64,000 nucleotides of DNA from Gemmatimonadota bacterium (GCA_040389905.1 JAZJZK010000007.1:32001-96000); one strand, 5' to 3'; shown: positions 20,950 through 31,105, numbered from the stretch's first letter. Notes: generated by a model from the sequence alone, not told the origin. Made by a program: numbers and translations.

Positions 20950-21211
20950 CTGACATACGTACTCGGTACCCAGCACAACCCATGACGTACGAAGTACTCT
21001 GACCCTGTACCGGGACTGGCATCCAGGCCAAGGAGAGCCATCGAGACAGGTGGATCGCATCGACCCAACGCCAAACGCCGTCCGCAGTTGCGAACGGCGT
21101 TATCCGGAATGCCACTTTCTGATGGCTCTTCTTGGCTCGTATGCCAGTCAGGGTACCAGAGCCCGGGTACTTCGTACGTCTGTGTTTGTACTCGGTACTT
21201 TCGTACGTCAG
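20950..21211. repeat. long imperfect inverted repeat (about 100-bp arms), MITE-like
   Basis: GACGTACGAAGTAC...GACTGGCAT...GCCAAGGAGAGCCATC is mirrored by GATGGCTCTTCTTGGC...ATGCCAGTC...GTACTTCGTACGTC. Confidence 0.8.
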
Positions 21212-21588
21212 TCAGCCCCTGCCAACCACTCCCCCACCATTCGGACCAGGTCCCGCGAAGGCACTGGTTTGAGCAGCATCGCCACGCACCCCGCTTCCTT
21301 GCAGCGCAGCGCCGTTTCTGGCTCGTCGCGCCCCGTCAGCGCCACGCACACGCGCGGCATCGCACCCTCGGCGCGCAGCGTCGCGAGCACGTCGAAGCCA
21401 TCGCCACCGGAGAGGCCGAGATCCAACAGGAGAAGATCAACCGGGTCCGACGTCGCGATGTCGATGATTTCCGCGATATGACCTGCCGTCGAGACGCGAT
21501 ACCCTGACGCATCGAACAGCACCCGCATGGCATCGCAGACGAGCTGGTTGTCCTCGGCGACGAGCAGGTGCGGTCGCGGCGCGGTCAC
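21208..21588 (-). CDS. single-domain response regulator
   Basis: LLVAEDN, DLLLLDLGL, ALTG, LLKP; GTG 21588 overlaps the kinase stop. Confidence 0.9.
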   Translation of the reverse strand: MTAPRPHLLVAEDNQLVCDAMRVLFDASGYRVSTAGHIAEIIDIATSDPVDLLLLDLGLSGGDGFDVLATLRAEGAMPRVCVALTGRDEPETALRCKEAGCVAMLLKPVPSRDLVRMVGEWLAGAD

Positions 21589-22403
21589 TTCGACGGGTAC
21601 GGAATCGCGAAGAAGAAGCGACTGCCCGCGCCAAGCTCGCTCTCGAGCCAGATGCGCCCTCCGTGCAGCTCGACGAGCTTGCGGGCGATCGTGAGGCCCA
21701 GCCCCGTTCCGTGGTGCTGGCGAGAGGCGCTTGCGTCCACCTGCGCGAATTCGCGGAACACCAGTTCGTGATGCTCCGAGTCGATGCCGATGCCGGTGTC
21801 GCCAACCTCGACGACGCACTCGGCGCCGTTCGGGCCGCAGGCGCACTTCGCGCTCACCCACACGCGGCCACCCTGGGGCGTGAAGTCGATGGCGTTGCCG
21901 AGCAGGTTGCCGATGATGTGGGCGACCTTTTCGCGATCCGCCGTGAGGAGTGGGAGGTCGTCGGATACGTCGCTAATGAGCTCGAGCCCCTTCTTGCTCA
22001 CCAGTGATTCATTGAGGGCGCGGAGCTGTGTGACGACGTCGCTCAACTTGAATTCGCTTCCCGTAATCGACAGCTGGTTTGCGGCACCCCGGGCGTACGT
22101 CAGGATCTCGCCCACCTGTTCGAGGAGCTGTCGCCCGCCGTTGATGATGCCCGCAATGCTTTCGAGCTGTCGTTCGGTCAGTGTCCCGAGAATTCCGTCG
22201 CGCAGGATTTCGGCGTGCGTGATCACCGCCGTCAACGGTGTGCGCAGGTCGTGTGAGATGTTGGCGAGAAACTGCGTTTTTAGGGAATCACCTGCTTCGA
22301 GCTCCGCAATCCGTTCGCGCGCCTGTTCGAGCTGGGCTTCAACTGATCCCGGAGCGACGGAGTGCATGAGGGCAGAATGTGATAGTGATTCGATTCGCGG
22401 CAT
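21585..22403 (-). CDS. histidine kinase lacking a sensor domain
   Basis: FLANISHDLRTPL, NAIDFT, DTGIGI, GTGLGL; only about 40 aa precede the H-box. Confidence 0.9.
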   Translation of the reverse strand: MPRIESLSHSALMHSVAPGSVEAQLEQARERIAELEAGDSLKTQFLANISHDLRTPLTAVITHAEILRDGILGTLTERQLESIAGIINGGRQLLEQVGEILTYARGAANQLSITGSEFKLSDVVTQLRALNESLVSKKGLELISDVSDDLPLLTADREKVAHIIGNLLGNAIDFTPQGGRVWVSAKCACGPNGAECVVEVGDTGIGIDSEHHELVFREFAQVDASASRQHHGTGLGLTIARKLVELHGGRIWLESELGAGSRFFFAIPYPSK

Positions 22404-22678
22404 CGCGGAAACCTAACTGTACGTTGCACCAGGCTGATAGGTCGCAGCATTGTCGCCGGACCGGGATAACAATCAAACGTCCTCGGTGCCGTTCTCGTTC
22501 GGTATTGTGCGATCGTATGCCTTGACATGCGGCGCTACCGTACACAGCTATTCGCGGACAGTCGAGTCGGCTGGCAGGTTTCTTGCTACTTCCTGAATGG
22601 TTAGAAATGAGTTAAGTTGTTGTAGCACAGCAATTTCGCTCGCTAAGAGCTCCGCACTAAAATCTTTGGAGGTCGTTC

Positions 22679-23530
22679 ATGGGGATTCATTTTCGCAGGC
22701 TCCGTGCACCGCTAGCGCTGACGGTCGCGCTACTGGCTGGTGCGTGCTCCGCGTCGGATAAGGCGAAGGACACCGCACTTGCCGTTGACACCGCGCTGAA
22801 CAAGGATCTCGCATTGGCCGGTCGCGACACGTCCGCTCAGCCTGCCTTGAATGACGTGGCCTCCACGCCGACGGCCACGAAGCCTGCGGCCAAGCCCGCC
22901 GCGCCGAAAGCGACACCGAAGCCGCCAGCCGCCACGACGACCGCGTCGGGCAACACGGTGACGAAGAACCCGTCGGGCTCAGCGAGCTCGAGCGCCGGTG
23001 GGGCCGTTGGGACAATCGCCTCGGGTACATCGCTCGCGCTCCATTCCAACGCCCGCGTCTGTACGAACACGCACACGGTCGGCCAGACCTTCTCCGCCAC
23101 ACTTGCCGACGCCGTGAGCGGCTCGAACGGCGCGTCCATTCCAGCGGGCGCCACGGTCAATCTCGAGATCACGAATCTCAAGCGGAGCGAGAACGCCACG
23201 GACAAGATCATCATGGAGTTCGCCGTCAAGTCGGTGAGCTTTGGCGGGCGCACGTATCCGGTCAGCGCCACCGTGGCCGATGCCCAGGTTGACAAGGTTC
23301 GCAACCAGCCGAAGAGCAAGGACGTCCAGAAAGTCGTGGGCGGCGCGGTCCTCGGAGCGATCGCGGGCCAGATCATCGGCAAGAACACCAAGGGAACGGT
23401 GATTGGTGCGGCAGCCGGTGCCGCCGCTGGAGCAGGCGTCGCGGCGGGTACGGCCAACTACGAGGGCTGTGTGCCGGACGGTGGAAACATCACGGTGTCC
23501 CTCACCGGGCCCCTCCAGATCAAAGTCTGA
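22679..23530 (+). CDS. lipoprotein with a glycine-zipper motif
   Basis: LAGAC lipobox, Pro/Ala/Lys/Thr linker, GGAVLGAIAG...GAAAGAAAGA. Confidence 0.8.
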   Translation: MGIHFRRLRAPLALTVALLAGACSASDKAKDTALAVDTALNKDLALAGRDTSAQPALNDVASTPTATKPAAKPAAPKATPKPPAATTTASGNTVTKNPSGSASSSAGGAVGTIASGTSLALHSNARVCTNTHTVGQTFSATLADAVSGSNGASIPAGATVNLEITNLKRSENATDKIIMEFAVKSVSFGGRTYPVSATVADAQVDKVRNQPKSKDVQKVVGGAVLGAIAGQIIGKNTKGTVIGAAAGAAAGAGVAAGTANYEGCVPDGGNITVSLTGPLQIKV

Positions 23531-23551
23531 TTCCTTTCGGAGGAAGCACGG

Positions 23552-23584
23552 GGGCCGGCGAGCAATCGCCGGCCCTTTCGCTTT
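23552..23584 (+). terminator. probable rho-independent terminator
   Basis: GGGCCGGCGA-GCAA-TCGCCGGCCC stem-loop followed by TTTCGCTTT, just after a stop codon. Confidence 0.75.
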
Positions 23585-23616
23585 CCAACGGTTAGCCGTC
23601 CTCAGGTGCATAGAGA

Positions 23617-24339
23617 GTGGAGCCGAACGCCCACCAGCGCGCCGTCTCAATACCACCAGAGCCTGATCGTCCAACCCCGGTCACGGGAGCGGGCGCTCAC
23701 GAGAGGATTGATCAAACGTCTGCACTCGCGTTTCTTGAACCGGTGATCGAACCCACCGAAACAGACTCGTCCCGAGCTGACGAGCGCCTCGCTGCGCGCC
23801 TTCGCGATTCCGCGCTCGTCGCGCGCGTGCGTGGCGGCGACCGGTCCGCGTTCGACGGGCTGGTCCACGCGTACATGCGCCAGGCGTTCCAGCTGGCGTA
23901 TCGCGTCGTGGGGCACCGGGAGGACGCCGAAGATCTCGTTCAGGAGGCGTTTCTCGCGGCGTATCAGTATCTGGACACGTACGACGCGGCGCGACCGTTT
24001 GGGCCGTGGCTCATGCGAATCGTTCTCAATCGCGGCGCGAACCTGCGCCGGTCGAGAAAGCGCCGCGAGACGGAGCCGGAGGTCGACGTCGTCAGCTCGG
24101 CGCCGACGCCGCTCGATGAAAGTGAACGGAGTGAGGCGCGCGTCGTTCTCACGCAGGCGTTGGCGGGGTTGTCGGAACGGCAGCGGATGATCGTCACGCT
24201 CTTCGACGTTGATGGCCAGACGAGCACGGAAATCGGCGAGATGCTGGAACTCTCGCCTGGTACGGTACGGTGGCATCTTCACGAGGCGCGGCGCACATTA
24301 CGCGACGCGCTCTCCCGATTCTACAAGGGCGATGTATGA
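23617..24339 (+). CDS. ECF-family RNA polymerase sigma factor
   Basis: DAEDLVQEAF, FGPWLMRI, EIGEMLELSPGTVRWHLHEAR; exact start uncertain. Confidence 0.92.
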   Translation: MEPNAHQRAVSIPPEPDRPTPVTGAGAHERIDQTSALAFLEPVIEPTETDSSRADERLAARLRDSALVARVRGGDRSAFDGLVHAYMRQAFQLAYRVVGHREDAEDLVQEAFLAAYQYLDTYDAARPFGPWLMRIVLNRGANLRRSRKRRETEPEVDVVSSAPTPLDESERSEARVVLTQALAGLSERQRMIVTLFDVDGQTSTEIGEMLELSPGTVRWHLHEARRTLRDALSRFYKGDV

Positions 24340-24755
24340 CTGATTCACGTAGGACACTAGGCGAAGGCGCGTTCGGACCCGAGCCGTCGCGCGATGTCAA
24401 ACTCGGCGCGCTCCTGCGCGAGATCGAGGGCGTCACGCCCGACGCGTCGGTCGACTGGGCAGCGCTCGCGAGTCGCATCGCGGATGGCGTCGCGGCGCAG
24501 GCATCATCGTCGTCGTGGTGGGACTACGCCACGCGGTGGGAGCGGCGGGTCGTCCCTCTTGCCCTCGCCGCAGGGCTTGCGGCGTCGTTCGCGTTGTGGA
24601 ACGCCTCGCTGGCGGCTCCCAGCGGCGTGCAGTTCGTGACATCGTCGTCGATCTCGACCGCAGTGGCTGACGGTGCGCCGCCGGAGGATGCGGCCGCGAC
24701 CTTTGCGACGGCCATCACGAACGCCGTCGATCCGATGATTGGAGTACCGGAATGA
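24336..24755 (+). CDS. putative membrane anti-sigma factor
   Basis: ATGA overlap with the sigma gene; single TM segment (VVPLALAAGLAASFALW). Confidence 0.6.
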   Translation: MTDSRRTLGEGAFGPEPSRDVKLGALLREIEGVTPDASVDWAALASRIADGVAAQASSSSWWDYATRWERRVVPLALAAGLAASFALWNASLAAPSGVQFVTSSSISTAVADGAPPEDAAATFATAITNAVDPMIGVPE

Positions 24756-25201
24756 CCAGTCGCATGCGGGCGGGTGGTGTGCTCGCGCTCATCGCTGTCT
24801 GTAGCGCGCTGGCCGGCGCCGCACTCGATCGTGTCGCCGTGCAGCGCATGGGTCGTCATCGCGGTGGCGGACAACCGGTTGCGCCTGGAGGGCCGGGGGG
24901 CCGCGATCGTTTTTCGCCGGAAGCCGACGCGAAGCGCCGCGGCGAAATGCTCGATCGCATGACGACGAGCCTCGATCTCACCGCGGCCCAGCGCGGAGGT
25001 CTCGACTCCGTCATGAAGCACACGGATTCATCCTTGCGCGCGATTCGCCTCGAGATGCAGCCAAAGATTCGCGCGGTATTCGATTCTTCTCGCGTCGCGA
25101 TGCTCGCGCGCCTCGATCAGCAGCAGCGGGCGAAGTTCGAGGCGAGCAGGTCCGAGCGCGGCGGAGGCGCTGACGGCGGTGGCGGGAAGCGGCGGCCGTA
25201 A
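24752..25201 (+). CDS. periplasmic Spy/CpxP-like helical protein
   Basis: Signal anchor; LDLTAAQR and LDQQQRAKF (LTxxQ-like); third gene of the ECF cluster. Confidence 0.6.
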   Translation: MTSRMRAGGVLALIAVCSALAGAALDRVAVQRMGRHRGGGQPVAPGGPGGRDRFSPEADAKRRGEMLDRMTTSLDLTAAQRGGLDSVMKHTDSSLRAIRLEMQPKIRAVFDSSRVAMLARLDQQQRAKFEASRSERGGGADGGGGKRRP

Positions 25202-25226
25202 GCCGCTCCCCGTATCAGCAAGGTTC

Positions 25227-25263
25227 GTCGAGGGATCTGCACGTCGAGTGTGGGTCCCTCGAC
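25227..25263. repeat. REP-like family A hairpin (possible terminator role)
   Basis: GTCGAGGGATCTGCAC-GTCGA-GTGTGGGTCCCTCGAC. Confidence 0.7.
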
Positions 25264-25454
25264 TGCTATGAGCGCGCACACCGTCCGTTTACGCAACACT
25301 ATGTGCGGCCATTCCGCGACAGCTCGGCCCGCCTCAAATTCCGGGAATTTCGTAAGTCACTGCGAGTAAACGACTTGCTGGTAAACAAACGGGGACATCG
25401 AATTGCTTTGCACTGTCGCGGTGCACTTTCCCACACTCCGACACAAAGACTTCG

Positions 25455-26132
25455 ATGCCGAAGCCATTCCCCTCCGCCAGCCGTCTGGCCGCAGCGCTGC
25501 TCCTCCTCGCTGCGGGTACGCTCAACGCGCAGACGATCGTGTACGACAACGGCGCGCCCAGTGGCGCGCAGGGGGCCTTCATTCGCGGAGCGGGCGCGTG
25601 GGGAGCAAGTGATTTCACCCTGCTGACCTCAGCGACCATCAACACGGTGCGCATTTGGGACCTCCGTTCAACTCCGGATGCGGGGTCGGTCACGTGGTCG
25701 ATCCTGGCCAACAATGGCGGTGCGCTTGGATCCGCGCTCTTCGGCGGCGTCGCGTCGGTGACCGGCGTCGCAACCGGAACCTGTTGCAATGGCTATGTGA
25801 CCAACGAGGACGAATTCTCCGTCGGAGCGATCTCGCTTGCCGCGGGCACGTACTGGCTGCAACTCAGCGATGCGACGAACTCGTTTGCCTACTACTGGGA
25901 GACCGCCACGCCCTCAGGGTCGTCGTCGTATCAGGACCGCCAGTGGACACAACCTGACAGGTTTGGCGGCGGCGAGTCCGCGAGCCAGAACGAGAATGCC
26001 TTCCAACTCCTGTCGAATACGACCGAAGATGCCACGCCGGAACCCGCCAGCGTCATCCTGATGGCGACCGGACTCCTTGTCGTCGGCGCCGCGCGGTTTC
26101 GGCGGCGCCTGCCATCAGCTTCTCGTCAGTAG
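25455..26132 (+). CDS. PEP-CTERM sorting domain protein
   Basis: Signal peptide; C-terminal TPEPAS, TM segment, RFRRR. Confidence 0.9.
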   Translation: MPKPFPSASRLAAALLLLAAGTLNAQTIVYDNGAPSGAQGAFIRGAGAWGASDFTLLTSATINTVRIWDLRSTPDAGSVTWSILANNGGALGSALFGGVASVTGVATGTCCNGYVTNEDEFSVGAISLAAGTYWLQLSDATNSFAYYWETATPSGSSSYQDRQWTQPDRFGGGESASQNENAFQLLSNTTEDATPEPASVILMATGLLVVGAARFRRRLPSASRQ

Positions 26133-27916
26133 CCGATCGGTCGGCCCGCCGATCGCGGATCCGATACGCCTTCGTATCCGCCGCGAACGCGCATGATCGC
26201 GTTCACGAGCCCGATGCCGCGACCCGATGAGATACTGTACCCCATGAAGCGGAGGGAGTCCGCCACCGCCGGCGTGATCGCATCGCGCTCGAAGTAGAGC
26301 GTGTCCGGCAGCGCTTGATGATGGACGCGCGGCGCGCTCATCGCGTCCGCCAGCGTCATCTTGTAATCGAGCACGTTGACGATCACCTCCGACGTGCTAG
26401 TGATGATGCGTGGTCCGCCTCGGCTGCCCACCACCAACAACAGTGAACCGTCGCGATCGAGCACGATCGTCGGCGACATCGCGCTCAGCATTCGCTTTCC
26501 GGGCTGGATCGCATTCGCTTCGCCCTGCACGAGCCCGAACATGTTCGGCTTTCCAGGCAGCGCCGCAAAGTCGTCCATCTCGTCGTTGAGGAAGAAGCCC
26601 GCGGACGTCAAGTACACTCCCGATCCGAACAGATTGTTGAGCGTCGTCGTCGTAGCCACCGCGTTGCCTTTTTCATCGACCACGGAGTAGTGCGTCGTTT
26701 CCATCCCTTCGCGCATTGACTTGCTCACCGAGGTCGTCGGCGTCGCGCGCATCTGGCCAATCGTGCCGCGCAACTTCGCTGCGTACTTCTTGTCAGTGAG
26801 CTGCGTGATGGGCACCGGCACGAAACCCGGGTCGGCGAGCTTCTCGTTGCGATCGACAAAGGCGCGCTGATAGGCGGAGCCGAGGAGGTGCGCCCATCCG
26901 GCGCTGCCATATGCGGGAAGCGCGTCGAATCCCTCGAGAATGTTCAGCGCCTCGGTCACCACCACGCCGCCGGATGATGACGGCGGCATCGTGAACAAAC
27001 TGTATCCCCGATACGTCGAGCGGACCGGCTCGCGCCAGATCGGCTTGTAACTCTTGAGATCGTCGACGGTGATGATGCCACCCGCCTTCTTCAACTCACT
27101 CGTCCACGCCTCGGCGATGGGGCCCTCGTAAAAGGCGCTCCGTCCCTTCGACGCGATCGCGCCGAGTGTGCGTGCAAGCACCGGCTGCTTGAGAGTGGAA
27201 CCGACGACCGGTGGTGCGCCGTTCGGCAGAAACACCGAGGCTCCGCTGAACGACGCGATCAGCTTCTGGCTGCCGCGAATACCGTTCGCGAACGCGCTGT
27301 CCACTGTGATGCCCTCTTCCGCGTACCGAATCGCCGGCGCCATCACGTCGGCAAGCGACATCGTGCCGTACTTCGCCAACGCCTCCGTCATTCCCGCCAC
27401 GGCACCCGGCACGCCCGAGGCAAGGGGGCCGACGACACTCTTGTCCGTGAGCTTGCCCTCGGCGTCGAGGTACATGTTGCGCGTCGCGGCGAGGGGCGCA
27501 ATCTCGCGATAGTCGATCGCGGCGGCGCGTCCGTCGGCCATGTGTATGACCATGTATCCACCGCCGCCGAGGTTGCCCGCTTCCGGATACGCGACCGCAA
27601 TCGCGAAGCCGACTGCGACGGCCGCATCCACCGCGTTTCCGCCTTTCCTGAGGATCTCGACCCCGGCAGCGCTGCCAAGTGGCGCGTCGCTCGCGACCAT
27701 GGCGTGCGCACCGAAGACCGGCGCACGCCCTGCCTTGTGTCGCCAGGCATCGGGAAACACTGCGGGCCGTCGGTCAGCGGCAGGGACGTACCCTGCGCTC
27801 GACGCGAGCGTCTGCGGCGTGCCGACGTCAGTCGCGCCGTGCTGCGGACCGGGGCTTGGAGCTTGGCTGTGGCAGGCGGCGATCGCCACGACGGCGATAA
27901 GAGTCTTTCGTGACAT
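26126..27916 (-). CDS. ggt: gamma-glutamyltransferase
   Basis: GGNAVDAAVA, ETTHYSVVD, LNDEMDDF, PGKRMLSAMSP, PRVHHQ; ATG at 27916. Confidence 0.95.
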   Translation of the reverse strand: MSRKTLIAVVAIAACHSQAPSPGPQHGATDVGTPQTLASSAGYVPAADRRPAVFPDAWRHKAGRAPVFGAHAMVASDAPLGSAAGVEILRKGGNAVDAAVAVGFAIAVAYPEAGNLGGGGYMVIHMADGRAAAIDYREIAPLAATRNMYLDAEGKLTDKSVVGPLASGVPGAVAGMTEALAKYGTMSLADVMAPAIRYAEEGITVDSAFANGIRGSQKLIASFSGASVFLPNGAPPVVGSTLKQPVLARTLGAIASKGRSAFYEGPIAEAWTSELKKAGGIITVDDLKSYKPIWREPVRSTYRGYSLFTMPPSSSGGVVVTEALNILEGFDALPAYGSAGWAHLLGSAYQRAFVDRNEKLADPGFVPVPITQLTDKKYAAKLRGTIGQMRATPTTSVSKSMREGMETTHYSVVDEKGNAVATTTTLNNLFGSGVYLTSAGFFLNDEMDDFAALPGKPNMFGLVQGEANAIQPGKRMLSAMSPTIVLDRDGSLLLVVGSRGGPRIITSTSEVIVNVLDYKMTLADAMSAPRVHHQALPDTLYFERDAITPAVADSLRFMGYSISSGRGIGLVNAIMRVRGGYEGVSDPRSAGRPIGY

Positions 27917-28123
27917 CACGTGGAATTCTCGGCGGGCGGATTTCTGATCGAGTTGCCAGTCAGGAATCTGCATTCCTGCGAGGCAATTCGCACGCACGCA
28001 TGGCCCCAGGAAAGGAGCGGAGATGACGGATGACATGGAAACAGCACGGATCAATACGCGGGAATCTGGCTGTTCCCCTCAAAATCCGTTCAATTCGGTC
28101 CTCAAGGCAGTGGCAGTGGCGGT

Positions 28124-28162
28124 TCCTCTGCGACCCTCTGCCTCTCTGCGCCCTCTGCGGTG
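28124..28162. repeat. repeat family C half-site
   Basis: CCTCTGCGACCCTCTGCCTCTCTGCGCCCTCTGCGGTGA; matches the arms ending at 42860 and 46918. Confidence 0.7.
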
Positions 28163-28222
28163 ACGATGACGACGCCAGTGTGAGGTGTTGCGTCGCCCGA
28201 TGAAGCGCGAGCTGCAGGCCCT

Positions 28223-28870
28223 TCATCCGCCGAGCCCGAATCTCCCCACCACCCGAGTCTGCTGCACTCGAACGCTGTTGTTGGCGCCGGCGTCCAGTCC
28301 GGTGGTCTGATGGATCATCGTCATCACATCCTGCACCACGTCGATCGAGAAGCGTGGCGAAAGGGAGTATCCGAGCCCATACCCGAATGCGAACGTGAAA
28401 TCGAAATCCTGCGAGCCGGGATTCAGCGGGAACGCATCGGGCCGCGCACGAAAGTTGGAGTACATGGTCGCGCCCGCGCTCAATTCGAGCACGCTGTGAA
28501 ACCCAGTCCCGTTTGCGACGTGAAGCACCCCGAACAGCTGCGAGACGTTCGCGTCAGCATCGGTCGAGAGACTTCCGTCACCACCGTTCACACGTTGGTA
28601 GCGCAGGGGGACGCTCGCCGTCGTGCCGCGCACGCCAAGGCTCACGCCCGATGAGATATGCTTCTCGAGCGACGCCACCCACGGGTTGGCGCTGCCAAAA
28701 TCCCACGTCGAGTTTGTACTCCCATCCGAGACCGACCATCCCTGCTGAAACCCCATGCCAAGGGACGCCGACGCAGTCGGCTCGCGAAGCTGATATCGGG
28801 GACGAATGATCTGCGCACCGGCCTCGGCCGAGAGCAGAATCAACAGGCAGACGAGCTTCGATCGGTGCAC
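28223..28870 (-). CDS. putative outer-membrane beta-barrel protein
   Basis: Signal peptide; alternating hydrophobic strands; ends VVGRFGLGG. Confidence 0.65.
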   Translation of the reverse strand: MHRSKLVCLLILLSAEAGAQIIRPRYQLREPTASASLGMGFQQGWSVSDGSTNSTWDFGSANPWVASLEKHISSGVSLGVRGTTASVPLRYQRVNGGDGSLSTDADANVSQLFGVLHVANGTGFHSVLELSAGATMYSNFRARPDAFPLNPGSQDFDFTFAFGYGLGYSLSPRFSIDVVQDVMTMIHQTTGLDAGANNSVRVQQTRVVGRFGLGG

Positions 28871-29000
28871 GGTCGCTCCGACTGGCTTGCGAGTGGTGAA
28901 CGGCGGCCGGTAACTTAGCCACTGCGTTCGAGGATGTGCATCGTCCTGAGAAGTACCCTCGTGTGCGCCTCAAGTTCTCGTTACTGAAATCGGAGAGACT

Positions 29001-29918
29001 CTGCGCGTCACCGACCCCCGCATCACCGAGCGTCGCAATCCGCGAACGCAGCAAATCGACCTGGCCGATTCACTCGGCATCACCGACCTCATGCTCGCCG
29101 AGGACCGCACCGTCCCCGATGCGGTCGCGACACAGCGGGAGAGAATCGCGGAGGCGATATCGGCGGCGGAAGCCACATTCCGGAGCGGTGGCCGCCTGTT
29201 TTACGTCGGCGCAGGCACCTCGGGCCGGCTCGGCGTTCTCGATGCCTCGGAATGCCCGCCGACCTTTGGCACGCCGCACGAAATGGTGCAGGGTATCATC
29301 GCCGGAGGGTTGCCCGCGCTCACGCGGGCGCAGGAGGGGGCGGAAGACAGCCTCAACCAGGCGCGCATCGACCTCGCCGAAAAGGGCGTGCGCGCCGGTG
29401 ACATGGTCGTCGGCGTCGCGGCCTCCGGCACGACGCCGTATGTGCGCGTCGCGCTCGAATACGCGCGCGAGGTCGGTGCGCGAACGGCGATCGTTGCATG
29501 CTCGCCGCCTCCCGAGAATACGATGGCCGTGGTGGACATTCCCATCGTGGCGATCACCGGACCCGAAGTCGTCACCGGCAGCACGCGTCTCAAGGCGGGT
29601 ACGGCGACGAAGTTGATCCTCAACATGATCACGACGGGCGCGATGATTCGCATCGGCAAGACGTTCGGCAATTTGATGATCGATCTCCGCGCGACGAACG
29701 TGAAGCTCGTCGATCGCAGCGAGCGCATCGTCGCCGAGGTCTGCACCGTGTCTCGTGAAACAGCGCGGGAGTTGATCGGCCGCTCCGGCGGCTCGGTGAA
29801 GCTCGCGATCGTGATGCACGCACTCGGCGTCGAGAAGGAGGAGGCCGAGCGCCGCATCGAGGAGGGCGGAGGAGTGATTCGCCGCGTCATCGGCGGCGAT
29901 CCGCCGCCCGTCGAATGA
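29001..29918 (+). CDS. murQ: N-acetylmuramic acid 6-phosphate etherase
   Basis: TERRNPRT (upstream of the first ATG), GAGTSGRLGVLDASECPPTF, GPEVVTGSTRLKAGTA; start appears non-canonical. Confidence 0.95.
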   Translation: MRVTDPRITERRNPRTQQIDLADSLGITDLMLAEDRTVPDAVATQRERIAEAISAAEATFRSGGRLFYVGAGTSGRLGVLDASECPPTFGTPHEMVQGIIAGGLPALTRAQEGAEDSLNQARIDLAEKGVRAGDMVVGVAASGTTPYVRVALEYAREVGARTAIVACSPPPENTMAVVDIPIVAITGPEVVTGSTRLKAGTATKLILNMITTGAMIRIGKTFGNLMIDLRATNVKLVDRSERIVAEVCTVSRETARELIGRSGGSVKLAIVMHALGVEKEEAERRIEEGGGVIRRVIGGDPPPVE

Positions 29919-31054
29919 GCGTCGAAACTCCTGCCGGTGGCACGTACGTCGGGCTGATGTCGGGCACATCGCTGGACGGTATTTCGGCCGCTGTTGCGCG
30001 CTTTGCGCCGTCGAACAATGGAGCGTTCGACGTCGAGCTGCTTGGCTTCCACGTCCATGAGTATTCCACCGAGCAACGGGAACGACTCCTCGCCGCTATG
30101 CGCGATGGATCGGCGCGCGACTACTGTCGCCTCGCTGTGGACTTCGGTGGATGGCTCGCCGACGCTGCGATCGCCGTGATGGCGGAGGCAGGTGTGGCTC
30201 GCCACGACATTCGCGCAATTGGAACGCACGGGCAAACGCTCTGGCACGAGCCGGGGCATTCGACCTGGCAGCTCGACGCGCCCGCGGTGATCGCCGAGCG
30301 AACCGGAATCGATGTCGTCAGTGACTTTCGCGTGCGTGATGTGGCGGCAGGTGGGCAGGGAGCGCCGCTGGTGCCGATTGCGGATGCTCTGTTGTTCGGT
30401 GGCGGAAAGTGGCGCGCGCTCCAGAACATCGGCGGCATTGGCAACGTGACGATCGTGCCGCCCGACGGCACTCTGGCGAGTGTCCGAGCATTCGACACGG
30501 GGCCGGGCGTCACCATCATCGATGCCGTGGTTCGACTGCTGTATCCGGGGCAGCGCTACGACAAGGACGGACTCATCGCGTCCACAGGGAAGCCGGTTAT
30601 CGAGGTCGCCAGCGCGTCGATGTCACATCCGTTCTTCAGCGCCGAGCCGCCGAAGAGTACGGGGCGTGAACTCTTCGATCCTGCCTACGTCACGGCGTTC
30701 GTGGACGCGTGCCGCGCGCATGGCGCGAGCGACGCCGACATCGTCATGACGGCCACGTGGTTTACCGCGCTCAGCATCGGCGACGCGTATTTCAGGTTTA
30801 TCCCCGAACCTGTCGAGGAAGTGCTCGTATCTGGCGGCGGGGCAAAGAATCCACTCCTGCTCTCCATGTTGCGGGAGAGCGTAAAACCACTCGATCTCGT
30901 GACCTTCGACGAACGTTATTTCGACGGCGAGGCGAAAGAGGCCGTGGCCTTCGCGTTGCTCGCGCACCTGCATCTCGCGCGAATTCCGGGCAACGTTCCA
31001 ACTGCCACTGGTGCGCGCGGTCCGCGCGTGCTCGGCATGCTCACGCCCGCGTAG
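29915..31054 (+). CDS. anmK: anhydro-N-acetylmuramic acid kinase
   Basis: GLMSGTSLDG, HGQTLWH, GGQGAPLVP, NIGGIGN, FDTGPG, PKSTGRE. Confidence 0.96.
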   Translation: MSVETPAGGTYVGLMSGTSLDGISAAVARFAPSNNGAFDVELLGFHVHEYSTEQRERLLAAMRDGSARDYCRLAVDFGGWLADAAIAVMAEAGVARHDIRAIGTHGQTLWHEPGHSTWQLDAPAVIAERTGIDVVSDFRVRDVAAGGQGAPLVPIADALLFGGGKWRALQNIGGIGNVTIVPPDGTLASVRAFDTGPGVTIIDAVVRLLYPGQRYDKDGLIASTGKPVIEVASASMSHPFFSAEPPKSTGRELFDPAYVTAFVDACRAHGASDADIVMTATWFTALSIGDAYFRFIPEPVEEVLVSGGGAKNPLLLSMLRESVKPLDLVTFDERYFDGEAKEAVAFALLAHLHLARIPGNVPTATGARGPRVLGMLTPA

Positions 31055-31065
31055 ACATGAGAAAC

Positions 31066-31105
31066 TGTCATCCCGAGCGAGCGAAGCGAGTCGAGGGATC
31101 TGCAC
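31066..31105. repeat. REP-like family A copy
   Basis: TGTCATCCCGAGCGAGCGAAGCGAGTCGAGGGATCTGCAC; identical to 40826-40865. Confidence 0.9.
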
